Assembly: GCA_964016885.1 (NCBI GenBank)
Contig: OZ024743.1
Location: 97,464,001-97,528,000 of the forward strand
From: Eledone cirrhosa
Taxonomy: Eukaryota
Reading direction: 5' to 3'
DNA: 64,000 bases
Shown piece after piece: positions 42,434 through 55,725 of this stretch. The position numbers were made by a program, and so were the translations under genes. A model generated the notes under the pieces. That model saw nothing but the letters and a program-made list of their open reading frames with translations, was not told the origin of the DNA and did no database searches. How positions within the stretch are numbered: the first letter of the stretch is position 1; each line of letters opens with the position of its first letter.

Positions 42434-42486
<53 letters not shown>

Positions 42487-43000
42487 ATGTATATATATAT
42501 ACGTATGTATGTGTGTATGTATGATAAGTATCTATGTATGTGTGTGTATGTATGCATCTATGTATATGGGTATTTATGTATGTATGTAAGGTTGGGTGAC
42601 GAAACTGAATGGAAATAATAATTATTATTTCTACACTTGGGGAAAGCTCACCAATTTGAAGGGAAGGGGAAAGTCGATTAAATTGATCTCAGTAAAGGTG
42701 ATTTATTCAATCAACTCCAATTTTAATGATAAATCTGGTCAATTAGACTGGAAGCAGCAGCAACAGGTAACATTACCTGGTTTGGTTTGATTAAATATCT
42801 CATCAATTTACCGGTGATATCAATTGTTTCCATTGGTTAATTGAGCCACTGGCTGGCTATTCCAAGTCATCGATAGCTTTCATGGCGTTGCTCTCCACAA
42901 GAGTATCGGTGAGAATGGTGTCCCAAACGAAGGAACAGCTCGAAACATATGGGGAAGGTACTGTCTATGCGGTGGTCTCCTCCATCGCAAATATGTTATT

Positions 43001-43034
43001 GGGTTAGGGTTAGGGTTAGGGTTAGGGTTAGGGT
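43001..43034 (+). repeat. Interstitial (TTAGGG)n repeat
   Basis: Five perfect GGGTTA units plus GGGT. Confidence 0.92.
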
Positions 43035-43144
43035 CAGCCGTTTCATTACAAGATTTTTAATGAAAAACAGTTTCATATAATTCTGAAAATACCCGAGAAT
43101 CTCGTTATTAAGGTGGTGTATGGAACATAACTTGACTGGATAAG

Positions 43145-43483
<339 letters not shown>

Positions 43484-44658
43484 GTGTGTGTGTGTGCTTG
43501 TGTTTGCATGTGTGTGTGCGTGTGCATGTGCGTGTGTGTGTGTGAGTGTCCGTATTTGTGCGTATGCAGGTATGGATATTATTGTATGTGTGTATGTAAG
43601 GATTGGTCGGAATGTAGGGTGGGTAGATGAATATATAGAAAGATGAAAACTTTAAATCTCAAATGGTAAAGAGAAAGAGGGAACTATATTGGTTGTGAGA
43701 AAATCATTTAGTCAATAAATAGATAAAGGAAATAGAACTGCTAGTATTTAATGGCATCTGTCATCTTCAAAGAAGAAGTAATCTCTCTGACGACTGCTTT
43801 CTCGTAGCATCTCGAATATTCATGTGAAGGTGATTAGTTGTTTGGATGAACGTCTCATATAAGACTTGAAGATAATCTCCATTTATCTCTGGAAAAAAAT
43901 TTCTTAATTCTAAATAATCTACTAATTATAGTTGAATGTGCTAAATCCGTCGAAAATAACAATACACAAACCTAGAGAGCTGGGCTACCACCATCACTAC
44001 ATCCCACACGCCTACCATGCGGGCATGCAGCATTAAATATGCGCAATCACACATATAAATGTCCAAGATTATCTACTATAATCTACGTTGTGTAGTAGGT
44101 TAGGATATCTAAGCTCTAGATTATTTTCTTAGTTTTTCTACTGTCATCTATATTGCTGTCTCGCACAACCATGAGTGATTTATGATCAGGTTCATTAAAC
44201 ACAGTAAAAGTGTTAACTCCACAACAGGGTTAGACTAACAAGTTGTCTTACTAATTACGAACAACCAATGTATATATGTTCATAAAATACTTCATTCCAA
44301 TACATTAGTTTTAATCGAAATCGTTCAAACGAACGTTAACAACATATTTAATCGGCCTCGGAATGTTTGTGAAGGATATGGTCATAGCCACTTCCTCCAA
44401 AGTAATGGATTAAAAGTGGCTGTCCTTCAGTTGAATAATCACGTGCCCAAACTGTTTGATCGGCACTAAGCTGTCTACTAAATTAAACCTCATAACTAGG
44501 GTATCGTTCGATCTGCTATAAATCTCAAATCATACACCGTCGCCTTTTTAGTGTATTTTACACATTGGGTGGGCATTGACATCCTTCTCAATACGTTTGA
44601 CATAGGATAAACCAATAACAGAAATTAATATTCGGAAATTACCAAGCCCACCAGGACG

Positions 44659-44689
<31 letters not shown>

Positions 44690-47600
44690 ATGTGTGTGTG
44701 TGTGTATGTGTGTGACTGTGTGTGTGTATGTGTGTGCGCGCGCGTGCGTGTGTGTGTGTATGTGTGTGTGTGTTTATTTGTATATATATATATATAACGT
44801 TTGAATATTAATATATAGTATGCGTTTTCCTATATCTAGCAATATACGGTAAGTTTATCAATAAACATTTTGAAAAGCTTCAGGTATGAACTTGGAAACT
44901 CACGTTGTAGCGTCATCTATCAGATTCCACCAGAAGCTAAGGGTGGGTAACTGACGACAATGGCGTCATCGGTTCTCACTCTGGTCGTTATCAAGCCAGT
45001 GCACCTTACCCTGCTCGCTGCTCGATTCCGCTAGATGGCGCTACGCCATCATTTCCAAATATAATTATTTTTTTCCAATCATTCCAGAAAAAGTTGTATG
45101 TGATGTTTAGTATACATCTGTAAAGCTATAGAAAATACATGTGATTTACACATATTAAATAAACATTTTACTTATCCTTTCGATATAATCAACAATATAT
45201 TCATGTCTGCACTCGTTAATGTATTAAACATATATTTAGTTTTTAAATTACAACGATTAGTGAAAGAATGTATAATCTAAGCGTTGATTGCTAACGCTAG
45301 TTTAGAAACAGGTATCATACTAACCGTGCTGAGCAATTTGTATGCCTTTCGTAACATTCTTGAGAACAGAATTATTAGTATAAAGGAGATAATGTATTTA
45401 CTTGGTTCTTGCATTTGGAAATGTTTTAACTAGAAAATTGTCTTGAGTGTTTGTGGCAGATGTAGGTTGCCAGTTCGTTATTGTTAATATATTCCAGTTT
45501 CTAAATCGATAAAAAGTGCATTTGTAACCTTACATGAAGAAAGTAACACGTCACACATTAGATATATGCACGTGTTGAAACGAATAGTTTGCAGCATCTT
45601 AATAATCATGTATGCAAGTATACCGTTAAGTAAATATATGTACAGTTTCTTGTATATTCCAAATGTAATTTAGCTTATGTGGGCTATATTCATTGACACA
45701 AACCACAGTTTAGGATTAAAGGACGTAAACAATCAGCGCTTCTTATTTTGACACGTGTGATCTCTAATCAATCCTTTTATGGATCAGAGTTATTCTAGTT
45801 GTGAATATCCCGTCTTTGCAGTCGTAATTTATTTAAGAAAACATCAACCAATATGTATTTATTTTCTTAAAGAAAATAGAATATAGCTTAAAAGATATTG
45901 CTTTTATTATTAACAGATTGGTCAACAATGTAGCTTCCTTCCTTTCAGATTCACATCACTTATGTATAATGACCTTGCTAGTGATGTATGATTCCGGCAA
46001 ATGTTTATGTTGATATTGAATTCTTCAATTACTAATCTTCCACTGCTTTACTGAACCTCCTATCCTTTCATTACATCTTCACATCTCTTCTTTCTTTTTC
46101 ATTATACCAGCCTATCCCTTTTACTTTTTATAGTTCTCTTGTGCATAGCATACGTGATAATAATATGACAATATCGATTCTTTGATGAGATCGAAAACGT
46201 AATCACTACTCTAGTGATGTATAATCCCTGTCTAGATTCAACACGATGAGATAACTGTATTGATCAGGTATAGTGTCTTGAACTTTGATACTACATTTAT
46301 AAATGCAAGATAATCAACATTGAAGAATATAATATTTAGTGAACGGATACTCGCTAGTTGACAGAAATTCACTCCACATTTTTTTTTGGTGTGGGGGGGG
46401 GGGGGTGAATCTATTTATGTATAGACCTGGTAGATTAGACATATTTATCTTGTATATTGTATAGAATATATATATATATTTCCTTATTATATTACACAAC
46501 CATGATGTACAATACAAGCAATAAATAACATTCAATACATATCAAAATAGTGTTCGGTTAGTTAATATCATTTAATTTATATCTTATTTTAATAATATAG
46601 CCTATTTTATGGTATGTGCTACATTATTTCAATTTTGTAAAATACACTGATATTATTTGGTTCATTTATTCTGAAGACAACACATTAATAGTGTACCATA
46701 TGCGATTGATGTAGGTAAAATTATAAGCATACACAGCATAGAGAATATGAAATAAAAGACATTGTAATTAGCCATTTGCTTTCGTATTTTAATGGATCAA
46801 TATAGTTCTATTTAAAGTAATTTTATGAGGATTCTAATCAATAAATTTAGTTAGAATATAATTATGCTTAGCTACTGCTACCTTCTCACTGCCTTTTCAA
46901 TCTGGCTATTTTGAAACTCAACAATAGGTTGGCTATAAACAGAATAACCAAATGAACAGAGGAAATGAATTCATAACAATATTTCACTAAGACATTATTT
47001 GACATTAATTAATAATTAACGGGAAATGTTTTTTATAATAATGAATTATGCCGTTAGTCTATTAGTTCAATTGTCAGACTGGAAATGCCAAACTTGTTTC
47101 AATCTATCTAATAATATTATATTTTCATTATAATCTATTGATAGCAGACGGCACTTTTGTTACAATTTACTCCTCCATATTCTATGAAAGACATTTCCAT
47201 CAGGCCAAATCTAAGAATATCATTAATTGTCTTCTTCTCCGCTTTATTAGAGCAGCATATCATTGTATATCCTTAAGTTATCTTTGGGGGTCATGCATGT
47301 TACAACATTTCCTTAGGACGAAATTTAGATATAGGTTGCGTATATTAATCGATACACCTTTACTTCCAAATGAGTTCACTATTGTAGATCTAAAATAACA
47401 ATTTTGACCAGGGTTCAAAATCGGTTCGACACTGCTTATAACGTAGATATATCCAACATTTATAATAATTGAGAGTGAGAATAATGTAACTTCAAATCTG
47501 TAAGCTAACACTCATAGAAATAATTTGTCTCCAAAGCTATGAAGCTAGGAACAAGTCTGACATTTAAAATGATATGCTGTTATCTCCCACAATATAAAGT

Positions 47601-48454
47601 ATCTTGCGTGCATTCGCTTTTGCAATTTATAACTTTCAATAAAATCCAGTTGTAGGAATCGTTTGTGAAACATTTCAGAAAACTGATAAATTTGTCGATT
47701 CCTCAAATTCTAAGTGTTGTTCATTTTAAATTCCTGCTGCAACATTCTTTGTAGAGTCAATCTCACTTCTGTTTATATTATTAACTACTTTCTGTATTCA
47801 TTTCTGCTCATATGCAGTATCAGCTTACTTTGCTAAGCGTCATCTTAATTTTACCATTTCTGTTGCACACTACTGATTGTAAATACATTAGCAATAATTT
47901 CTACCAAATTAGACTTTCACCTGCCGCCTTTGTTCAATTGTAAAATGAGGTAATTCAATAATCAATGCATTGTTTATGAAAAGAAAAATACACACATACA
48001 GTACAGTATATGCGTAATGGGAATGTAAAACGAGTTCTTCAGAAGATCACTTCATAATATCATAATAATGAGTTAGATGAATATATTTATAACTTGAGTT
48101 ATCTTATTCTAAACTACCGAATACACATGAATAATGAATATTAAATATAAAAAATTGCATTCCCATATAAATTTCAAAGACTAAAATGCAATTTTTTTTT
48201 TTAACAGAATCATATTCAAATCATTGACCCATTTGCAATATGGATAGTTTAACACATAAATAGTAGTTTGCTATTCATTAATATAAGGTTTCATTTAAAC
48301 CAGGCAGATGTCAATTGATTAGATTCTTACTGGGGATCAATTATTTTCCCACTCTAGAAATTATTGCGTGAGGTAGAGTTTCTATGTGTATAAATCTGTC
48401 AGGGATCGCATAAGTATCATAGGGATCTTGGACCAGTATCAACAATAAAGGTTG

Positions 48455-49000
48455 CTGGACAGGCTATTCAGTGCGGGGCATTTGCCCGTCACATAATCGT
48501 GCAAGGCATCCACTATTTCAACTGCTGAAATTTGGGTGAGTCTTGCGACAGGCCATCAAGGTCCAGCATTCCCGTTCATGATTCCTTGGGAAGTGTTCGA
48601 CAAAGTGCTGTTAAAAAAGAGCTCACTTTTTGCTTTTAAGCGGATAGTGTGTACCCTCTGCAATGAGACAAAACCGATGTTTCCACGAAACGCACGTCCA
48701 CCTAAGCCTATCAATTTTCACTCGTTTGTGAATCAGTGCACAAACAATACAATCTTTTTGTTTCATGCTTTATAAGGGATCAGAGCCCGTAAACGATATT
48801 TCCCCCCTGCTCTTCCTCAAATTGATTGTATGGCTCGTAATATTCTGGTCTTTATTTTTGTACTTTGTTGAAACCTGCAGATTCTGCTCTAAGTTCCCTT
48901 ATTAGGACGAGCCTCTACCTGTTATTTTTATCATTTTCCCCACAACTATCGCGTAAGGCAATTGCTAATCTGGTCACTGTAACAGTTCAATATCGAGAGA
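48455..49000 (-). mobile_element. Decayed L1/Tx1-like ORF2 fragment (linker to RT start)
   Basis: Minus strand EIVDALHDYVTGKCPALNSL resembles the GKSPG.DGL motif; boundaries are uncertain. Confidence 0.5.
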
Positions 49001-49218
49001 GAGGCCCTTACTCTCCAGAAGCCGGTACTTTTTAAATGGTATTCTCTATGTACTGGTAATGAATTTGTGGTGTATGGAACAAACTATTTGAAGCATTAGA
49101 CAAATTATAATCTCCATTTCTGTTAACCTAATTAAAGTGATATCTTAACCTAAATTTAACAGTACGTTGATATGATAATTATAGATATGCATAAATGAAT
49201 GATGAGATTATATATATT

Positions 49219-49324
<106 letters not shown>

Positions 49325-49434
49325 TGTGTGTGTTTGTGTATATATATATATTATGTGAACCGAAAAAAGAATGATTAATGAGATTTTTCTAAATTTTATC
49401 AACTATTTATCCTAAGAAAAATGTACTGAAGCTG

Positions 49435-49465
49435 TACTACTACTACCACTACCACTACTACTACA

Positions 49466-49527
<62 letters not shown>

Positions 49528-49528
49528 G

Positions 49529-49560
<32 letters not shown>

Positions 49561-49582
49561 AACTACTACTCTACTACTACTA
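49435..49582. repeat. (CTA)n trinucleotide repeat
   Basis: Direct reading. Confidence 0.97.
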
Positions 49583-49744
49583 ATAATAGCAATCGTTTCT
49601 TTATTAGCCACACAGGGCTCACATTAGGGAAACATTAAGACGGTACAGGACGATACAGACTGGGCTTTTTGTTTTTGTGTAAACTAAAACTTATAACAAA
49701 GACTAAGAAAGACAAATATTTAAAAAATTGACATAACAAATTCC

Positions 49745-50025
49745 CCAAATATTAGTCGAGATGTTCGGAAATGGAGGGTTATGACTTGACTACATTTGTG
49801 AATTACATTAACAAGGAGAACGGCAAATGTTGGAGCAGGAATATCACTTTGCTCAACACTGTTGTCTACAGAAATTTGTCCCGAGAATTTTCCATTAATT
49901 CCAACCATGGCCTTCATGTCTCGATTTAGTTGTTTGAAGATGTACAAAAATGACTGAGGACAGCTTAATTTACTAACAATTATCCATACCCTTTCTCTGT
50001 TGACTGAATCAAAATATTTAGTCAT
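49745..50025 (-). mobile_element. RTE/BovB-like reverse transcriptase fragment
   Basis: TKYFDSVNRERVWIIVSKLSCP..QLNRDMKAMV..VDNSVEQSDIPAPTF resembles KAFDSVNR/LGCP/GVKQG..APTLF. Confidence 0.85.
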
Positions 50026-50772
50026 ATATATACAAATAGAAATATATATATATATAGTATTTACCATTCGGAGAATCAATGATAATATCTATTAATGATT
50101 TTGTACTTTTAGAACATGAGTTATACAACGTTATAATCTACTCACTGTGATACAATTAAGTACTGAAATACTATATTAGGATACTTCCTAACATAGCAAC
50201 ATAGGAAGTCCTAATAAATAGCACACTCATTCTCAATAATAGTAATCTATATTGTTTTAATATGAGAATAATTACCTTGTGTGCAAAAGCAGTGATATAA
50301 ACATATAGACTGACTAGGGGAATAGTATTTTGGATAATTCACGAACACAAAATAATCTGAGTAGTTACATGTTATATAAAATAGAATCTTTAGTTGTTTC
50401 CATTTTTTGTTGTCTTTTTTTGTGATTTCTAACCAAAGTACAATGTCGCATATTGGGGAAAAGATTAATCTATTGAATCAATGACAATATTTGATTAATA
50501 TGTTATTCTATCTTCACTGGAAGTGTGTAATGTAACGTTCACCATGATGGTGTTCAAGTATAGAAAATTCACTGCCAAACTCCACTGTAGTCTCCCACTG
50601 TTATTCATTCTTTAGAGAAATTCCTATATTTTAAGAATGAGTGTCTGCTTAAATATGTCAGATTTTCTTAGCATTTCTCTTCCTTCATTTAAGGTTGTAG
50701 TACTTTAAAGGTATTCTAAATGTACATGTGTATGAATTAACATATGTATGTATATTATTCACACACACACAT

Positions 50773-50842
<70 letters not shown>

Positions 50843-50947
50843 CGTAAGCCGTATGGCGATGTCATCAGGAGTAAATTGCGAATATTAAGTAATCAATTAT
50901 TGCATTACGGCAAACATAAACAGACTTTATTGGAAGACGACACACCA

Positions 50948-51001
<54 letters not shown>

Positions 51002-51356
51002 GCGTATGTGTGGGGGGTATATGGGGGGAGGGTACAAAGACAAAGACAGACACACACAATCATATAGGTAAACTACCATATGCTAAAATCCGTATTTAAA
51101 ATTATTTAAAAGGAGTGAATACGTTCGAAACTTTTAATCGCGTCGTGTAGATATATGTAGATACATGTGAAATAATGTATTTAAGTGACATCTAAATCCA
51201 ATAATTCTATAAGACGTAGCCTGCTACGTTAACGTACATGCGCACTATATACAATTAATGATCAAGTGGTTGCCAAACCATCAATATGACTTCGTATTCA
51301 CTGTGTGGGAGTGGAGGGAGTGCCTCTGTATACACACACACACACATATACACACA

Positions 51357-51489
<133 letters not shown>

Positions 51490-51623
51490 CAGTTTTATCT
51501 CTCTACATGGCTGAATCCAATAAATGTAATCTGAGTTTTCTGAATATTAATAATAATATTCGATTCCTTTGCAGTTATGCAAATCCATGTTAGTGGAGAT
51601 GACCCCATCATATTTGCTCTTGT

Positions 51624-51706
51624 GTTGGCATATAAACATAACGGCAGACACTAATGTTTCTGGGTGATTACCTTTCATCAGTACTATATACTGCTTTCCT
51701 GCCAAC
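51624..51706 (-). ncRNA. Type I hammerhead in a TA-flanked element (~51490-51932)
   Basis: Minus strand: GTTGGCA...GTA-CTGATGA-AAGGTAATCACCCA-GAAA-CATTAGTG-TC-TGC...TGCCAAC. Confidence 0.75.
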
Positions 51707-51753
51707 CGTCAGAGCTATTGAAAATATATGATATCTATTGAAATATACAGTGA

Positions 51754-51848
51754 CTGATCGTCCTGATTTGCATATTAGCAGACTGTCTGATCAGTCAGCT
51801 CTGCATATTAGCAGAGCCGCTGATCAGCCAGATTTGAGTATTAACAGA
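51754..51848. repeat. 33-bp minisatellite, about 3 copies
   Basis: CTGATCAG.CAG.T.TGCATATTAGCAGA repeated at 51754, 51787 and 51820. Confidence 0.8.
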
Positions 51849-52005
51849 TTTGAGCATTAGGCCAGTTAGTTTCATGTATACGAGCGATTAATGGCCGACT
51901 TTGCCATATTCAAATAACTAACAAATAATTTTATATATATATATAAAAACATTTTCTCCAATTCCGCTCCGCCCGTTCCTGCATTCTATCTAATTTCCTT
52001 TTCTT

Positions 52006-52041
52006 TCTTCTGATGAAGGATTAGTGTCCGAAACGTTAAGA
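52006..52041 (+). ncRNA. Ultra-minimal Penelope-type hammerhead (GAAACGUU, no helix III loop)
   Basis: TCTT-CTGATGA-AGGATTAGTGTCC-GAAA-CG-TT-AAGA in a segment between TA tracts. Confidence 0.72.
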
Positions 52042-52125
52042 CCCTCTTCCTGCTATTTCAAGCTTTAACCTAATATATTCCTTCCATATACTGTATCGAC
52101 TGTGTTGTTATTTCTGTTTACCTTT

Positions 52126-52226
<101 letters not shown>

Positions 52227-54061
52227 ATGTATACATTAAATTTTGCTCTGGTACTGACATAGAGCACTCTTCACTCCTATGATTTTTTTCAATTTTCAAT
52301 GGAAACTTCAATACTTATATATATATATATAACAAGAGGTTAGCATAAGGTTTCCCTGCATATATATGTATCTATGTATGTGTGTGTTTTTTTGTTTGTT
52401 TTCTGCATGTATGTGTATATATTTTTCTATTGGAGAGAGAATAAAGGTCCTATATTTGTTGGCTCTAACAGAAGGTACTTAGTCGTGTGGTGAAGCTGTT
52501 AAAGCCGAGATCATAAATTCGTGGCTTCCATTTCTGATCTGAGAAGTGTGTTGTGTTCTTGAGCTTCATTTCATATTGCTTTTCGGAATAGGTCAGCGAC
52601 TTCTACCAATAAAACACCCAAGAAATCTCCCGTGGGATGCAAAAACATCTAAAAAATTCACCAGTTTTCAGTTCATTGTAAGAACAACAATAAACAAGGA
52701 AAGTAAATGAAAGAAAGAGAATGATGGCGAGTTATGTGCTTAAAAGTACCATGTACAGAATATTTTATTTATAAAGATAACCTTTGCAGTGTACGCGAGG
52801 AATAGTGGTATTTGTAACATTCAATACATCGTTACAGATATTTGTGATAGAAGTGTGATAGAACTGAAGTGAAATAATTTCAAATAGGAATGGAAATTGG
52901 GAATAAAGTAGCAGAAATCGGTGAGATGAAAAACGATGTTTAAGATGAATAGATACAAAAAAGTCACGTGAAAATTGTATCCTTCAAGGAACAAAAGATT
53001 TCTTAGTTCTGATACGAAAACATCAACGGAACTTGTCCAAATTAAATTCGTATAATTTTTAGGCTTGAAAATCAAATTACATCGGAAGAGCGGACATTAA
53101 TTGATGTGGTTATATTGAAAGGTATTTAGTCTTGAAGCCTGCCTGCAAGCTTTCATTGTACAATGTCTGATTATTCATCTTGTTCATCTTTGTTGATAAA
53201 GACAGTATTTCAGAAAATTGTTCAAGTCTAAGCACAAGGATAAATAAGTAAATAAACAAATAATGACAAAGATAAAATATATTTCCCTGAAACTAAGCTT
53301 TCATTTCTTATTTTAACATGGTTCAGGTATCGATTATTAGTTCGTATCTTTAACTATAAATGGCAATTCTAAATGTTCCGACATTGAAGAGCATGTAACA
53401 TCGCTTGCATTAGAACGTTAGATTGGTGAGACAAAAGTTTGAAACCGATAATTTACATTTTCTGTTTGCTAAATAATATTGTTTGCTAAATAATAATATA
53501 AGATAGTGCCAATATTTATGTTTTAACGAAGCTGCTCGATGTTTTTCTAGATACACATTTCAACATATATGTTTAAATGTGTAAACGTACAATCACTATA
53601 GAAGTTCTTGCAAAGTATCTTACATTTCTATCTACAATTATTTGTCACTTTCTAACACGTAGACAACAGATACACAAAAACATATACAAACAGAGACACA
53701 TATACAAACAAACACGGATAGACAAAAGAAGACCTAATTGCGTGCATATATTTGTTGTATATTGATCATGTATATTAGATACTGTCATGTGAGTACCTAT
53801 CTATTTTACGGATACATATAGATCAGCGTAGTATGGGAAATAAACTCTCGGAGAACAGATACAGTCACTCAATTTTGAGTCACCTCTGTAGCCTTTGAAC
53901 ATTGTTCAAGTCTCTATTGCACTTAAGAAAGAAATTATCGTTTCAACTAGGAATTTCTTTCTGAAATTAAGAATAAAAGATGTTTCTCGGAAGATCATTA
54001 AAGGGATCATTCTCACTTCATTCAGTAATATAAGATCTCAGCAAATAACCTCAGAGACGTA

Positions 54062-54305
54062 ATACATATGCTTTTGCAACAGCGAGTTTGAAATTAGAAG
54101 TAGAAACTTTCACCGTATTTTTTTACTAAAAAATGTTTAGCTTGATAGTGGGGCTTGGAACCCTCTAAGAAATGGAAAAAGATGAGTATTGACGTACATG
54201 AACGCCAATATTCATGTTTTTGTATTTCTTAGAGGTTTTTAAATCCGACTATCAGGCTAAAATTTCTTTAGTAAAAAAAATACGGCGAAAGCTTCTACTT
54301 CTAAT
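54062..54305 (-). mobile_element. Older copy of palindromic family P2
   Basis: Imperfect arms 54093-54305 with the same centre (GACGTACATG) and a tail homologous to 29520-29565. Confidence 0.85.
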
Positions 54306-54334
54306 ATATATCTTTCTATATATATATATATATA

Positions 54335-54431
54335 TAGGATGTCCAAAATATGCATCCACACTTTGATTACTTATACAAACAATATTTATCAGAATGCTGT
54401 TGAAGTGTGTATTCATTTTTGGGACACCCTA
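54335..54431. mobile_element. Tc1/mariner-type MITE
   Basis: ~29-bp imperfect TIRs TAGGATGTCCAAAA.../...TTTTGGGACACCCTA embedded in TA repeats. Confidence 0.75.
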
Positions 54432-54451
54432 TATATATATATATATATATA

Positions 54452-54614
54452 TTAAGCAAAGAATCGTTGTGTTTCAGCAGATCCCTTTAAGGGTGAAAGC
54501 AGCGATTCTTTGCTTAAACTTTAATCTGTTATTTTAATAAATATTTGCTCTATGGTTCTTATATATTTGATATATATTTATCCTTATCGAGCCCTCTTTG
54601 GATTTTAGTCTTCA
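54452..54614. repeat. Family E copy with a terminal hairpin
   Basis: TTAAGCAAAGAATCG/CGATTCTTTGCTTAA inverted pair; the rest matches 10443 and 25573 in reverse complement. Confidence 0.85.
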
Positions 54615-54750
54615 TATATATATATATATATATATAATGATATTAATACCGCGTGTAGGTCATTTTAACGACCCACTCGATCTTACACTAGCTGGAAGTA
54701 GGCGATGTATTTACTTACTGTGGGACTTTACGTCCTATAGAATGGAAATA

Positions 54751-54829
54751 GCCTTCTGAAGAGCCGATCTTTCCATTGGAAGTCCTTCGGATTTACAATC
54801 TTTTGTGAGGCGACACCGTCCGTAAAAGC
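54751..54829 (+). ncRNA. Decayed hammerhead with multi-hairpin helix II
   Basis: GCCTT-CTGAAGA-GCC..43 nt..GGC-GACA(GAAA mutated)-CCGTCCG-TA-AAAGC. Confidence 0.55.
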
Positions 54830-54957
54830 AATTTGGATAGGTGAATATTTAGATTGTATTTTAATTTATTTTAAAAGATTGTTTAAAGTGTACTTGTTCT
54901 CTCATCTCAATTATATATATATATATATATATTTTTTATTTTTTATTTTATAGAAGG

Positions 54958-55008
54958 AACTTCTACAGGACTAGTACTGTTTCATTCAGATGAAATCTTC
55001 AGGAAGCT
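54958..55008 (-). ncRNA. Type I hammerhead ribozyme
   Basis: Exact reverse complement of 55202-55252. Confidence 0.83.
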
Positions 55009-55201
55009 GGGTGTCATATTAAGTTCTGGTATTTATACATTTAGGTAGTGGCAAGGGAGGGGTGGTGGATGGGGGGGATGGTATTTAGATACACAGGACC
55101 ACTTCAAGTGGTCCTGTGTATCTAAATACCATCCCCCCCATCCACCACCCCTCCCTTGCCACTACCTAAATGTATAAATACCAGAACTTAATATGACACC
55201 C

Positions 55202-55252
55202 AGCTTCCTGAAGATTTCATCTGAATGAAACAGTACTAGTCCTGTAGAAGTT
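55202..55252 (+). ncRNA. Type I hammerhead ribozyme
   Basis: AGCTTC-CTGAAGA(55208)-TTTCATCTGAAT-GAAA(55227)-CAG-TACTAGTC-CTG-TA-GAAGTT; GUA triplet. Confidence 0.83.
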
Positions 55253-55339
55253 CCTTCTATAAAATAAAAAAATTTTACTCTGCCATGTATTGAGTACCTT
55301 ACTTACTGTGGTTATCCCCGACTCAACCCGGGACCTACG

Positions 55340-55369
<30 letters not shown>

Positions 55370-55372
<3 letters not shown>

Positions 55373-55725
55373 GAGTTAAACAAGATTCAATGATTACATC
55401 AAAGAATGAGTTTTACAGTAGATTGGAAGCACTCTACAGTGAAAGAAATATTTTCCAGAGTTATTAATATTAAAATTCAAATATTAATAAAATAGAAGTT
55501 CTTGTGATCAATTAAATTGTATTATACATATTTCAGAGGTACTTGAATCATGTTCAACAGTACGTCCTCATCAGATAAAACAAAATGATACATGACATAC
55601 TCTGAGATGTTAGATGGTTAAGATTTAATCAAGGTAGTCACTGATTCAAGTACCTCTGAAATATGTATAATAAAATTTAATTGATCACAAGTACATCTAT
55701 TTTATTAATATTTGAATTTTAATAT
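55370..55725 (-). mobile_element. Hammerhead inverted-repeat element with tail (family H1b)
   Basis: Arms 55467-55550 and 55642-55725; tail 55370-55466 is homologous to the 10030-10075 tail. Confidence 0.85.
55517..55580 (-). ncRNA. Minimal type I hammerhead ribozyme
   Basis: Minus strand: TTTTAT-CTGATGA-GGACGTACT..AGTACCTCT-GAAA-TATGTA-TA-ATACAA. Confidence 0.75.

Larger units (their letters stand above)
54939..55340 (+). mobile_element. Perfect 333-bp palindrome with two hammerheads and a 3' tail (family H4)
   Basis: 166-bp arms around the single base 55105; ~70 bp tail; (TA)n on both sides. Confidence 0.93.

Noticed and set aside
50841-50875. Minus-strand CTGATGA next to (TA)n
   Set aside because: Only a 5' half; GAAA and the cleavage site are absent
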